This document shows positions 33,449 through 44,910 of a stretch of DNA of 64,000 nt, one piece after another; position 1 is the stretch's first letter, and each line of letters begins with the position of its first letter. Origin of the DNA: Lepidodermella squamata (lineage: Eukaryota > Animalia > Gastrotricha). The notes beneath the pieces are model-generated. The model did not search any database and was not told where the DNA came from. It saw only the letters and a list, made by a program, of their open reading frames with translations. The stretch spans positions 1,736,001 to 1,800,000 of the forward strand of contig JBLDXI010000029.1 of the NCBI GenBank assembly GCA_047495785.1. The letters are read 5' to 3'. The translations under genes were made by a program, and so were the position numbers.

Positions 33449-36349
33449 TTATTTCTTAGGCTTGAAGAAAGCGGTTATTTTGTGGCAGTCTGATTTCGCA
33501 GGTTTAACATATTGTCGCAGATGCCAGGCTGGACAGTGCTGTTCTAGCATTCGTTTCGCGAAAACATCGGGTTGCTGGCTCGCAACGTATTCAAGGTATT
33601 GTTGCATGCCGTTGTCAGCTTCAACACATCGGACAGCGTATCGGGACATTGCGCTTTCGAAAACATCGCTGATCGCTTTGACACCAGCTTCGACCACCAC
33701 CCCGAACGGGTCACATTCGAGTGGCAAATTGAGCGCGGCTCTTAGCCCGCATACCTGGAAGTTGAACAGGCGAAGTTCAGTCGATTTCGACATGCAGAAC
33801 CAGGCTGGTGCTCCGTAGCTTAATACGCTGTCGATCAGAACGCGGCTGAACTTGACACACAGCTCGGAGGGTAACACCTTTCTTTTGGCAATTCCGTACA
33901 AGCTAGCAGCTCTTGGTTTCGTTTTCGCCGATAGTCGATCCAGGTGACGTTCCCAGGACAGTTTCGTCGTAATCGTCACACCGAGGTATTTCACCTCACT
34001 AACCTGTGGGATGCGCTGGCCACCGATCGTTAGCAGGACAGTTGGCGACGAAGCCCCATGATGGCCTATGATTAAGCATTCGCATTTTGATGGGTTGAGC
34101 TCCAGTCGCCATCTCGTGCACCAGGCCTCTGTTGATCGGAGGCGCGTTTGTAGCCTCGCAACGCTCTGCTCATAGTGTGGCCCCCAAGCCCAATTCGCAG
34201 CATCATCAGCGTAAGTACCAGCACCAACGCTCCTTCTGCCGTCGTCCGGTTGAACGGTAAGCGGCTGCATTTCGGCTGTGTAGAAAATGAACAGCAGCGG
34301 ACTGAGTGGACTGCCCTGGGGAACTCCGCACTTAACCTGTTGTGGCTCACTTAGCTCGTTGCCGACTCGTACTCGAAAGGATCTGTCGTTGAGAAAGTTG
34401 GCCACCCAGCGGACAAGGGGATCAGGAGCTCCAGCCTCCTTGAGCTTCTGTATAAGGCCGGCGTGCCATACGGTGTCAAAGGCAGCCTTGAAATCCAGAA
34501 ATACCGCCACCAGTTTTCCGTGGAGAGCCATTGCAAGGGCTGCATCGCTGATCAATCTAAACAGCGGGTCCACTGCTCCCCTGCGTCGCCTAAACCCGAA
34601 TTGATGGTCTGGTAAGAGTTTGTTTTTCTCAAGAAAGTCATAGAGCATCATGGCGACCAAAGACTCGAGAAGTTTGGCAAACGCTGGTAGAAGCGAGACA
34701 GGTCGGTAGGACTCTGGGAGCCGGCCATCTTTGCCCTCCTTTAGGATCGGGACCACGACAGCCATTTTCCATTCCGCCGGGATGTAGCCAGTGGCTAAAC
34801 AAAGTTCGAAGGCGTATTTGAGGTGACGGCGCAGTCCTGGACCGCCGTTTTTGAGGATTACATTTAATATGTTGTCATGTCCAGGCGCCTTGTTCTTGAG
34901 ACGTCGGAGAAGTGCTCTCATCGTAATACGCGGAATTTTTATCGGCAATACTTCGGGTATCTTTTCCAGCGGTTTCGAGAGAGGGTCATCTGCGACTGTC
35001 TTTTCCACCTGCTCCCAAAAGGCAATATCCTCCGGCCGCTTTGATGTGTTCGGCGCTCCGCTAACAACCTTCGCAAATATGGCCGCAATCAACTGCGCTT
35101 TCGATTTATCGTCGGTCACCGCGAGGCCTGTTTTCTGATCGATCAGCCCTGCTAGCCTTTTGCACCGTTTTAAACGATTGAACCTTGCCGCTAGCATTCG
35201 CCAGGCCGTCTGGCTTTGCTGCTGACCTTCTCGGAATCGCTGTGCCATCAAACGAAGATTTTTCTCGCAGTCTTTTGCTTGCTCTTTGCCGATCAGTTGC
35301 TTAAGTTCCCGATTGATTCGATTCACCTCGGTTTTCACTTCAGCCGAGATTGTTGCCGCATATAAGCGCTGAAGTTGATTACGTTGATCCAAGAGCGATC
35401 CAATTTCCGAGTTCATATTGAACGTAGGTAGCTTACTAGCTTTGCACTTCGGCGCAATTGCGTCCGTCACTCGGGAGACTGTTTCGGCTATTGTCGCCAC
35501 ATATCTCCCAATCGATTGAATCAGATCGCCGGCCCTTGGTTTAACCGGCTCGACCTGGGTCTCCATTGCTTGATCGAGCTCGTTTCTTAGCCGAGTCCAG
35601 TTCATTGCCTTGAAATTAATTCTGACGGAATCCTGTTGTGATTTCAGCGGGACAGCAGTTGACGAGAATTTTACGTCTAGCCGAGTTGCTAAGTGATCAC
35701 TACCATAGAAGTCCTCGACGGATGGGCTGTTAAGAACAGTGTGCCGCGCGGCGTCATTGGCGAGCCATATATCTATTTGGCGACCCACGCCCTTCGGTGA
35801 AAAATGTGTGGGGGTACCATCGCTAAGCAGCGAAATCCCCGAGGCCCTGTTGAATTCCGCTAAAATCCTTCCATATCTATTTGATGGGGGAGGGCCTGTC
35901 AACAAGTCATCGTGCCAGGCGTTTAGATCCCCAGCGAAAATGCACGGTACATCAGAGCACAAAATGCTATCGAGAAAAGAGACGTCCAGATCTTTTTTGC
36001 CTGGGGACACGTAACCAGTTCCTACAATTAGTTTCTGCCCTGATTTATTAATCAGCGTGACCGCGAGCCATTCGCTGTGGGGTGTACTGTACTCATGAAA
36101 TTCCTGGGCTAGAAATATATTATTTTTAACAAAAATGGCAACGCCGCCGTAGGTCGAAGGGACATTCGATATCTGTCTTCCACGGTCCTTCCTAAATAAT
36201 TGATAGCCTGGTAGTTCGAAGTCAGTTTGAGTGGAAAAATGTGATTCGTTTATAATAATTATATCAGCACCTAGATCAAGAGCTAGTTTTATCAATTCTT
36301 GTTTTCGAGTTTTTAACCCTCTCGAGTTCCATTGAATTACGACGACCAT
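33449..36349 (-). CDS. LINE ORF2: AP endonuclease plus reverse transcriptase
   Basis: QWNSRGL, GDLNA, SDH (endonuclease); YRPVSLL, QFGFR, GVPQGSPLSP, YADD, KYLGV (RT). No obvious RNase H. Confidence 0.95.
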   Translation of the reverse strand: MVVVIQWNSRGLKTRKQELIKLALDLGADIIIINESHFSTQTDFELPGYQLFRKDRGRQISNVPSTYGGVAIFVKNNIFLAQEFHEYSTPHSEWLAVTLINKSGQKLIVGTGYVSPGKKDLDVSFLDSILCSDVPCIFAGDLNAWHDDLLTGPPPSNRYGRILAEFNRASGISLLSDGTPTHFSPKGVGRQIDIWLANDAARHTVLNSPSVEDFYGSDHLATRLDVKFSSTAVPLKSQQDSVRINFKAMNWTRLRNELDQAMETQVEPVKPRAGDLIQSIGRYVATIAETVSRVTDAIAPKCKASKLPTFNMNSEIGSLLDQRNQLQRLYAATISAEVKTEVNRINRELKQLIGKEQAKDCEKNLRLMAQRFREGQQQSQTAWRMLAARFNRLKRCKRLAGLIDQKTGLAVTDDKSKAQLIAAIFAKVVSGAPNTSKRPEDIAFWEQVEKTVADDPLSKPLEKIPEVLPIKIPRITMRALLRRLKNKAPGHDNILNVILKNGGPGLRRHLKYAFELCLATGYIPAEWKMAVVVPILKEGKDGRLPESYRPVSLLPAFAKLLESLVAMMLYDFLEKNKLLPDHQFGFRRRRGAVDPLFRLISDAALAMALHGKLVAVFLDFKAAFDTVWHAGLIQKLKEAGAPDPLVRWVANFLNDRSFRVRVGNELSEPQQVKCGVPQGSPLSPLLFIFYTAEMQPLTVQPDDGRRSVGAGTYADDAANWAWGPHYEQSVARLQTRLRSTEAWCTRWRLELNPSKCECLIIGHHGASSPTVLLTIGGQRIPQVSEVKYLGVTITTKLSWERHLDRLSAKTKPRAASLYGIAKRKVLPSELCVKFSRVLIDSVLSYGAPAWFCMSKSTELRLFNFQVCGLRAALNLPLECDPFGVVVEAGVKAISDVFESAMSRYAVRCVEADNGMQQYLEYVASQQPDVFAKRMLEQHCPAWHLRQYVKPAKSDCHKITAFFKPKK

Positions 36350-37968
36350 AGTACTTTGAGTTGTTCAACTAATTGTCTGTTGTTTGCTTGGAGAATTTGG
36401 TTGAAGTTTTCCTGCACCTTATTAATAACGATTGGACATACCTGCTCAATGACGTCGTTCAGGTTGAAGTCGCGATTGATTGTTGGCTTACCTCGAGACC
36501 ATTGGTTCGTCTGCTGGAGGAACGGTTGCGGTTGTTGGAACCTGTGTGTTATCTGGGCAATGTTTTCGCGTATTTTCTCGCGAACAGCGTCTCTGGCCTT
36601 GATATAGGCCGAGCAGCCGCGGTAGGCAGCCGAGTGGCCGGCCTCCTGGCAGTTCGCACAAAATCGAGTGTCTTCTTTATCCTTTGATGGGCATTGTTCG
36701 TAATCGTGGTCTTCGGCACAGTGAGCGCAGGCAAGCGACACAGCTTTGCAGTCGCGGTCGAGATGTTCGTAAGACTGGCACCTGCCGCAGCGCGGGATGT
36801 GGGGGTCAGGTTTCATCAGACGGCCTCTGAGAAAGCGTGATTGCAGCTCGACTTTGCCTTCCGCGAAATCTTTCGCAACATTTGCGTCCTTAAAAATCAA
36901 AATGACATTGCAATGTGGGTGTTTGAGGTCTTTCCTCGTTGGGATGGCGTCTTCAAGCGTAGAGCTCCAATCACGCTTCAGGTCGGCGATCGGAAACCAT
37001 CGCGGGTAATTAGTGCAGAGGCCAGCTCTACCTTCTCGCTCTGCGATTTCTTGAGCGGATAACTGGCGTCGCGATTTATCTTCAGCCTGTTCTGCTGCTT
37101 TTTCTTTGAAGAGCTCGTAGTACCTTCGAGATCGGTGGACCTTGAGGTTACCGCCCATAGCGCCTACCGGCCAAGATTCGCTCTTGAGAAGGAATTCCGC
37201 ATCCTTTTCTGTTCGACAAACAATGCGCACGCCGCCGCGACCTAGACCCTGGGCTATCTCTAACTTGATGTTCGGAAACAAATTGAGGAACTCTTTTTCG
37301 ACTTTTTCTGCCGAGAATTCTCGCGGTAAGTTGTCCAAGTGGACAGCTCGAGCTTCGCGCGCTTTTTGTATGTTGATTTCACGTTCAGTTAAATCCTTAC
37401 TTTGTTGCTGACTCAGAAGCGGGTTGAACCACTTGGTAGGGGTCTGATGAGACGCTTGTTGGTGCTGGGGACCAGTTGCTCGGCCTTGGGATTGACCGGT
37501 GTTAGCAGAGAATTCGATTCGGAGGCGCTTTTTTCGCGGGCCTGCCGGCGATGGCGTACTGTCGCGAAGGATAGTGTCAATTTTGTTCGCTAGCTCAGGC
37601 ATTACGTATAACACGCAGAGACGAGCTAGCTCGTTGACTCCAACTGCGGCGCTCAGCTTGGATCGCCAAGCTTCGTTCAGCAAGCTTAGATAGAAGTACT
37701 GCTCGGGTTCAGCTAGCGCTTGCCATTTGCTTGTCAGCAAAGCTTTGTCCGTTGTTTTATTGATAATAAATTGCGCATGGGCCTGCAATTTCTCTTCTAA
37801 TTTGATACTGGGATTGTTGACAGCCGCGAAGTTCTCGGTCAAGCTCCGAAATTCGTCGGGTATCGCAGACAGTGACCCTTCGGACAGGATGGCGTCGATA
37901 AAATCGATCATCTCGTCCTCATCTTGAAAGAGGATTGTGCCACCGTCGGGGGCTTCCTCTTCCGACAT
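36337..37968 (-). CDS. LINE ORF1: gag-like nucleic-acid-binding protein
   Basis: Three CCHC knuckles (CGRCQSYEHLDRDC, CAHCAEDHDYEQC, CANCQEAGHSAAYRGC). First ATG at 37968. Overlaps the ORF2 start by 13 nt. Confidence 0.9.
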   Translation of the reverse strand: MSEEEAPDGGTILFQDEDEMIDFIDAILSEGSLSAIPDEFRSLTENFAAVNNPSIKLEEKLQAHAQFIINKTTDKALLTSKWQALAEPEQYFYLSLLNEAWRSKLSAAVGVNELARLCVLYVMPELANKIDTILRDSTPSPAGPRKKRLRIEFSANTGQSQGRATGPQHQQASHQTPTKWFNPLLSQQQSKDLTEREINIQKAREARAVHLDNLPREFSAEKVEKEFLNLFPNIKLEIAQGLGRGGVRIVCRTEKDAEFLLKSESWPVGAMGGNLKVHRSRRYYELFKEKAAEQAEDKSRRQLSAQEIAEREGRAGLCTNYPRWFPIADLKRDWSSTLEDAIPTRKDLKHPHCNVILIFKDANVAKDFAEGKVELQSRFLRGRLMKPDPHIPRCGRCQSYEHLDRDCKAVSLACAHCAEDHDYEQCPSKDKEDTRFCANCQEAGHSAAYRGCSAYIKARDAVREKIRENIAQITHRFQQPQPFLQQTNQWSRGKPTINRDFNLNDVIEQVCPIVINKVQENFNQILQANNRQLVEQLKVLWSS

Positions 37969-38812
37969 GATTGAGCTACTGGGCAAGCCTGGTTAGTCCT
38001 GGCCTGTTTTAATTAGAAAAGGTTAGGGTGATTAAGGGAGAGGAGAAATGTAATGCTGGCTCGGTGCCAGTATGTATTTTCTAGCTGGGCTACTGAAATA
38101 AACAAAAATTGAGAGAAAAAAGTGGAGAAAAAGCTCGTGCTTTTCAAACGAAAAAAGCGATGTGAGGAGGGTTTGGAACCCTTTTTTACCGAAAAATCGT
38201 AAAATTTCTCGCTTCGCTCTTGTCATGGGTCAAAATTCCAGCTAACTTCCCTCCATGTCAAGCTAATGTTACTGATTTCGCGAGGGAGCGTAGCGAGCGA
38301 GCGGAATTTTTGTGGAGCTCAACATAGGAACACAACAGCTCAAAAATCCTACTTCGCACACCGCACACTAACTGAATGTGTAAAAAGCAGATCTAAATAT
38401 CACCCGATTTTCAAAGGTTGTCCACGATAATACAGTCATTACGGTAAGAAAAAGATTTAGGTACTTCGAGATCCTTGATTCGAACTACTTCAAATTCATT
38501 TAGCAACTGAGCAGGAATGGCTAAGAAGCGCCGAGAAAAAGCTTCTGTCGAAACTTTACGCACTACCAGCACAATGTCGTCGTCCAGTTTCAAAATGGCT
38601 TGAATTATGCCGAAAGAAGGACAATTCGGAGCAGAGAACCAATTAGAAGTAGATTTACCTAACATCACAGCTAATTTGTTAGTGAAGAAACCACCATAAT
38701 ATTCGACATCGGTGTAATATTCTACAATTTGCGGAAGACTAAGGGAGCTGGCTACAGCTGCTGTGAACAGTTCTGAAGAAGGCTGAAATCTGAGCGCTGT
38801 TGTTTGAAAGTC

Positions 38813-39038
38813 TGAATCATTGGTGAAGAAATTAAGAACTTGCAAGCAGAAGCTGAAGCGACCTGTTTTGAAACATTATTAAAGCTGTGCACGTAAGTTC
38901 CATTAAGTTCCATTCTAATTTCAAGTTTGAACGCGCCCTTGCGCGATTCAAATCCCACGTGCACAGCTTTAATAATGCTTCAAAACAGGTCGCTTCAGCT
39001 TCTGCTTGCAAGTTCTTAATTTCTTCACCAATGATTCA
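38813..39038. repeat. Near-perfect inverted duplication of about 81 bp inside the transposase
   Basis: 38813-38893 is the reverse complement of 38957-39038, with a 63-nt spacer. Confidence 0.9.
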
Positions 39039-40199
39039 TTAAGTTCATAGTCAACAATCTGGGTAACATAGTGAACTAAATGATAAAATTTGGTTTGAAT
39101 AATCTTTAAATCATAAATGCGAACAACCGTTCTTAAAAACTTGCCAATAGTAATTCTAAGAGAGGAAATACCAGTAAGGTATAGAATAGGAGACATGCAT
39201 GTAGAGGCGATTGCAACAGAATAGGCAAAGCACAAATATTGTTCGGATTCAAAAAAATTAGAATTAGTTATTTTAGCGATGGAGTCCAATCAAAATTTTA
39301 AAAATTATGCAATATTTGTTCATGATTCCAAGTATGTGATATCAAAACGATAAATAACAGCCTTTCACGTTCTTTCATGTTTTCGCATTGCAGAATGACT
39401 TTGATTGATACCAGTAGCGATTTGGCGGTACGCAGAGCGGTCTCAGTGAAGCACCGGACAAAATCAGCTCGAGGTACTACGCATTTGCGGCATGTCGAAT
39501 TTTTCTTCGAAACACACGTTTGCATGCCAGCCAAATCATGTGCTGCGAGAGAGTCGGCCGTAATCGCTACGAGTACACATTTAGCCGCGCCAGTCGCCAG
39601 TTCGATGGGGAGGTTGAAATCGTACAGAACCCTCATCAAAACATTATCAAGGTCTGCAATTCAAAATTGTAATAGAAATTCAATATCAATTCAAAATTTC
39701 AATAAGATAAAATCATAGGCGAACTTAGGAGCAGTTTTAGTAGCTCCACTGCCAAGATCTTTAGCGTTAGCGATGGCAAGCAAGAAAACGTTTGGTGCGG
39801 GGTCGCACAGGCCAGATTCCGCGAAACTCCAAGAAAATATTGCGTGTTTTTGATTAGCCGCGAAAGGCCCCAGTGCGTCGGAAAATGTCATTTCATCGTA
39901 AAATATTACAATAGGAACGACAATTGAAGCCATGGTGAGGGAGGTCAAACGCTGAACCTGGCGACCCTGAATCATAGATCTCATAGAATCAGTCAAGTTA
40001 CAAGGCAGCAATTTTTCTTTCGCAAAACTAGCTGTGAAATCAGAGCTTTGAGTCAAAATCGCTTTTACTTGGGGCCCAGGAGGTAGGTAATAAAATTGAT
40101 TCAACAATTCCGGTTCGACATCAACCCATTGCTATGAATGATACATGAAAAATAAAATACTAAAACTATTTATTAAATATTAAACTATGGAGAACTTAT

Positions 40200-42486
40200 A
40201 AACCTTTTAGGTAACATCACGGCGTCATTACATAGTCATTACACTTCTACCTTTCCGACGACCTATCGCTCGATCCTGTTGAAGTAAACAAGTCGAAATC
40301 ATTGAAGGCTGGCCGCCGTGCGATTGAAGTTGACCAGCCCGGCATTATCGATTGCATTGTGAATCTTGTTGAGCGCAAGCACGCCATGGTCGCCGCGAAT
40401 AAGCGTCACGGTGAGGATGCTGCAGCTGGTGTTACGCTCGATGAATGCGTTGAAGAGTGTCAGCTGAACGGTTTTAAGTGCAGCCGCTCTTCCGTTTATC
40501 GACTGTTTCCGGCTTCTAACAAGAAACACAAGAATTCTGCGAAGACGCATCGCGCTGTCATTGGTTTGAAGTTACGGCCCAAGCGCTGCGATCTGCGAAA
40601 AGGCGATGAAAACTCGATCATCATCGGAATGCGCGCATAACGTACCTCGACGAGTTGATGCTGCAGTTTCCTGATGACTTCACCTTTTTTAGCTGCGATA
40701 ACAAAAACTCGATCGTCGTTGGTGACACGTGCGTGACCAAGTTGTGCCAAAACAAGTACTACTACTTCGAAGGTGAACAGCCGAATTTGCCCGACCACAA
40801 CTTTCCGGCTGATAAACACCTGAAAATTGTCCCCGCCGGCTACGAAAGACGCGAGCAGCCGTACGTGAGCGATTCTGGCCGCGTCAAGTGGCGCAACGCG
40901 GAGGTCGTCGTCGTAAACCGGTGCAGGATTTTCAACGAGTGCGGCATAGCTGATCACGTGAGTGACCTCGCCACTCATGCCCTGAAAAATTCGCCCCGCG
41001 GAGGCGCACCATGCTTCGTTCTCGTCGTCGACGCCGGACCCGACTGGCGGATCGAATATCCTAATGTGCGGTATATGTATTGGCGCTTGTTTTGCGAACT
41101 CGGCCTCGAGGCGATGATTGTCGCGCATTATGCTCCAGGATACAGTTTTCGAAATAAGGTAAATAATATTGGTCACAAATAAAATCTCAGGAATTTTCTA
41201 AAATTTAATAAACTTTTAAAATTTATTGAATAAACAAAATAAAAACAATTTATTTTCATGTTTTATTAGATTGAACGTTGATGGTCGAAGAGCAATCGGC
41301 TTTTAGTTGGCCACACTACGTCTCATCCGGACAAATGGCTGGATCAACATCCTCTGGCAAAGGACAAGCCGGTACGCGAACGATTAGCCGCCGAGTGCGC
41401 GCTCAAACTCGTGACTGAGCTCATCAATGGGAAACCGGCGGAGAAAGGCGTGCTCTTCTACTGCGTGGCTGAGCGCGCCGCGGCCGACCCGCGTTTCGTC
41501 ATCACCCCCGCGGAGCCGAACCCGGTGGCTGTCGAGCAATATCAGGACTTGTACGAAGACCTGATTCTCATGGAAAAGCACATCGACCTGTAAGCCTTTT
41601 TTCTTTCATTAATTTATTTTCAAATTTTGAAGCAGAAATTAATTTTTTTTTCAAAAAAATTCAAAAAAATTGAATGCTAAAATTAAATTATTATTTTTTT
41701 CAATTTCAGCCGCTGCGGCCAGTTCTGTTTTACTCGGTGCGAGGATTCAGCCTGCGTACATTGCGGACAGCATCCGCCGCCCGCCTCCGGCCTGTGGAAG
41801 TACCTGAATCAACACGGCGTCCCCGACCCCGAGACGACGATTCTCGGCCGGGTCAATACAAGAAATTCGCCGATTGAAGCCCGGCAACGCAGCGCTGCTG
41901 TTGAGGCAACGAATTCGCGGCCGCCGGCTGTACGTTGCGAAATTTGCCCATCATATAGCTTTTTCAGCGAGATCCACAAAACCAGGCACACTAATATGAT
42001 GCATCCCGAAATTTTGAAAAAAGGAAATAAAAAATGTCGGAAAGATTGATAATATGCGAGTTAAGATTTATTTTTGAAAAACGTTTGACAAATAAAGAGG
42101 CGGCATAATATTTGAAATTGTTGTTCATTTTGTTCCTATTCGCTTTTCGAAAACAACGTGTGTTGTATACGTGCACAGTCCCTCCATTGTGTGTGAATCG
42201 CGCGACGGGACTGGCGCTGAGAAGGCGGCGGACCGCACACTGTGTGGGGGTGGGACTGGCACTGCGAGGCGGCGGGCCGCCCGCGGTTTTGGTTACGAAC
42301 GCGAGCGGGCCTCATGCTGGGCTATAAATTTGACGACAAACAGCGTTTCACCTATTTATATAGCAAATTTGAGGCTGCTCCCATGTGTAACAGTCTACTA
42401 TGGCCTGCCGTCAACTCCGCCGCCAACCCACACCTGCACCGGCCTGCCACGGCCTGCCACTGATTGCTGCGTTTCGGCATGGCCCC
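40200..42486 (+). mobile_element. Decayed Zator-like DNA transposon nested in the CMC transposase
   Basis: GR..IE.DQP, SCDNK, LPDH, VDAGPD, HYAPGYSFRNKIER motifs and a C-x4-C-x2-C tail. Right end GGCCCC followed by TAA. Frameshift and in-frame TGA. Left end not found. Confidence 0.65.
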
Positions 42487-43276
42487 TAAGCGGTACGTGT
42501 CGTCCGAAAAATCGCATCGGCCAGATCAGGCGCCGTGGATTTGTTCATCAATTCCAGGAAGTAGTTAACGAGCCAGAATATAAAGCTGTGGTAACAAAAG
42601 TTGAAAAATATCCACATAAATCGAAACAAATTACGTAAAAATGAAATTGATAAGAGCTTCTGTTGCTCTCAGCCTGTATTTGAGAACGAAGAGAAATGTC
42701 TCGAATTTCGAACGCAACAGTTCGACATCAGGCTTCCGCTCAGTAGGTTCTGCAGCGGTTTCTCCCTGCGGCTCCAAGACATGGTCATCGTCAGGCGGAT
42801 GATTCGCTGGTGAAGGCGGATGGCCAATCTCTTCCACGCGACGAGCCGGGTCGTACTGGCACTCCTTATGATGCTTATCCATGGCCGCTTTCTTAACGCA
42901 ATAAAATTCACAACCATTTTCCTTGAATGGGCAAGTTCGGTTCGACGCCATTAGTAACAATAATCTAAAAACCACTCGCTAAACGAACACAATAATACCC
43001 GGTTTTCATAATATGATTCGCTAATTATTTCTACCAGAAACAAAGCAAGGAGAGTAAGTGAGTGCAAAGAATGCGTAAGGCATTTAAGAACTGAGCGTTA
43101 TAAATGATATGAGTAATTTGGCACATAGTCCGAAAAATGAAAAAATCTGTAATAAGACTGAGCAATATTCCAGAACGATGAGTGCGCGCGAAGAATGGAA
43201 CAATTTGGAAAATGTAACATACGAGTCATACGTCATCAAGTCAAAAGGATTGCATGCAAATGCAACGTTCGGGTGT

Positions 43277-44515
43277 TCAGTTTCCTCCACGTTTCTTGCA
43301 ACGTTTCTTCAGCGGTGAAACTTTTTCTTCATCGGGTGCTTGCTTCTCTTGCTCTGAATTCGTGATAGCAGCTTTATTCCCGGCAGATTTCTTTAATGAA
43401 GGATCTTGATTCTCCGACCCGGAAGCGGAGGCAGCCTTCTTTCCAGTCTTCTTTCCCTCTTTCGGTGGTTGCGGCGTCGGAGGCGGAGCCAGTTTTTGAC
43501 CGGCTTGTTTTACCTTCGGCGAGTTGTCAGGAGCTTTCAGTTTCGGTGGCTGTGGAGCGAGTTCTTCGACGTCACCGCTCACGTCACTTTCATCGTCACT
43601 TTTTTGTCGAGCAGAATCGTTCAGGTTTTTGCCAGATTGCTCAACATTCGACGGCCCCGGCGCTTGAAACTCAGGAAACATTGATTCCAAAAATTCCAAA
43701 TCCTCATCAGACTTCTTCGGGGTCTTGGATTTCTCAGCTGACTCCTTCTTCTTCTTCACGGTCTTTGGTTCAGAGATACCACTGCCTTCTTGTTGTTCAG
43801 CTTTCGCAGCCTTTTTCCTTGCTTTCTTTACGTTGTTAACCGCGTAAGAGAGTTGTTTGCGAAACTCAATCTATAACGATGTTATAAATAAAATAGAAAA
43901 TAGAATGAATGTTGCTCATTATTCGTTGCTGTTAAAGCAAAGAACCATTCAAACTCAAGTGAAATTCTCTCTTGGACCACGCTATAATCATAGCTAGAGA
44001 ATTTCCGACCGGGGTTGCTATCGATCATCAGCTCAGCGACCATTTTTTTAAAAAGGGGATACCGGACCCTAAGTTTCTTCAGCGCCATCTCGGTGGCAAG
44101 AAGTGAGTCCTTTGAAAAGTCAAGATCTGAGGGAACAAAAACAATTGGCGACTTGTTCTTCTTCGGGCGTTTCTAAAATGGAAGAGAATATCTAATAAAA
44201 TCAATAAGAAAGAATATGAGCTAACCCCGTTTTTAATGGTGTCAAGCACACCTTGCAAGGTAATCGCAAGGCCATGCGCGCCCTCAAATAGGCCTTCGAT
44301 CTCTTCTTTGGTCAATTTGACCAACGTCTCTTCAGTTGTGATCCAATTTTCTAAGATGAGCGCGAAGTAGAATCAAGACAGCAGAAGAAATAGAGCAACT
44401 TACTAATCAAGCCGTCAATGATCGCGTCCTCAACGTCGTCTGGAAGTTCGAAGTCATGGAAAACTTTCTGTAATCTGACTACAGCAGGTAAGACGTTCGG
44501 TTGATTTTCAGCCAT
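43277..44515 (-). CDS. Accessory gene of the CMC element: SAM-like N-terminus and Lys/Pro-rich tail (multi-exon)
   Basis: Spliced reading MAENQP...IIDGLI/KNWITTEETLVKLTKEEIEGLFEGAHGLAITLQGVL resembles a SAM domain. Later exons include IEFRKQLSYAVNNVKKAR. One donor site not found, so it may be decayed. Confidence 0.55.
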
Positions 44516-44910
44516 GGCGATATTTCAGTTTAATGGTGCCTGACAATGACAAAGGAAACATTACAGACAGGTAATCACTACAGAACACAGAAAAAATGAG
44601 CAACCGTGACTGTAATCTTCCCAAAGAGATGCATAAACGCTCTCGCACGCCGCGTTTGAGACAAATTTGAGACAAATTTTTATTTTTCTGCTTGGGCAGA
44701 ATAAATTCATAGTAATTTTTTTTTCTTATGAAATAAAATAGCGGTCATCATTTGAGCGGTAAATATAAACAAACTTTTCACAGGCTTGGAGTTGACTTAG
44801 TTTGAAATACGAAGTCCGTAATTGATCTAGAGACTGTCTACAGTCTGCATATCTCCATTGAGATCTGATCATCTAATTACTGTGAGTAACAACAACTCCA
44901 CTAGTTATCA

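Larger units (their letters stand above)
32842..38375 (-). mobile_element. Full-length non-LTR retrotransposon (Jockey/I-group-like LINE)
   Basis: Two intact overlapping ORFs. 5' end begins TCAGTT (initiator-like internal promoter). 3' AATAAA. Candidate ATGTGT target-site duplication at 32836-32841 and 38376-38381. Confidence 0.88.
38411..42951 (-). pseudogene. Disrupted CMC/EnSpm-type transposase
   Basis: N-terminal zinc-finger exon (CPFKENGC...H...C), then FYYLP, FYDEMTFSDALG..KH, TADSLAAHDLAG...CRKC, KFYHLVHY and FESRK..FK motifs. Interrupted by the Zator insertion and an inverted duplication. Confidence 0.75.

Noticed and set aside
41270-41290. In-frame TGA as selenocysteine or recoding in the Zator-like transposase
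   Set aside because: The element has another frameshift and a missing end; ordinary decay is simpler.
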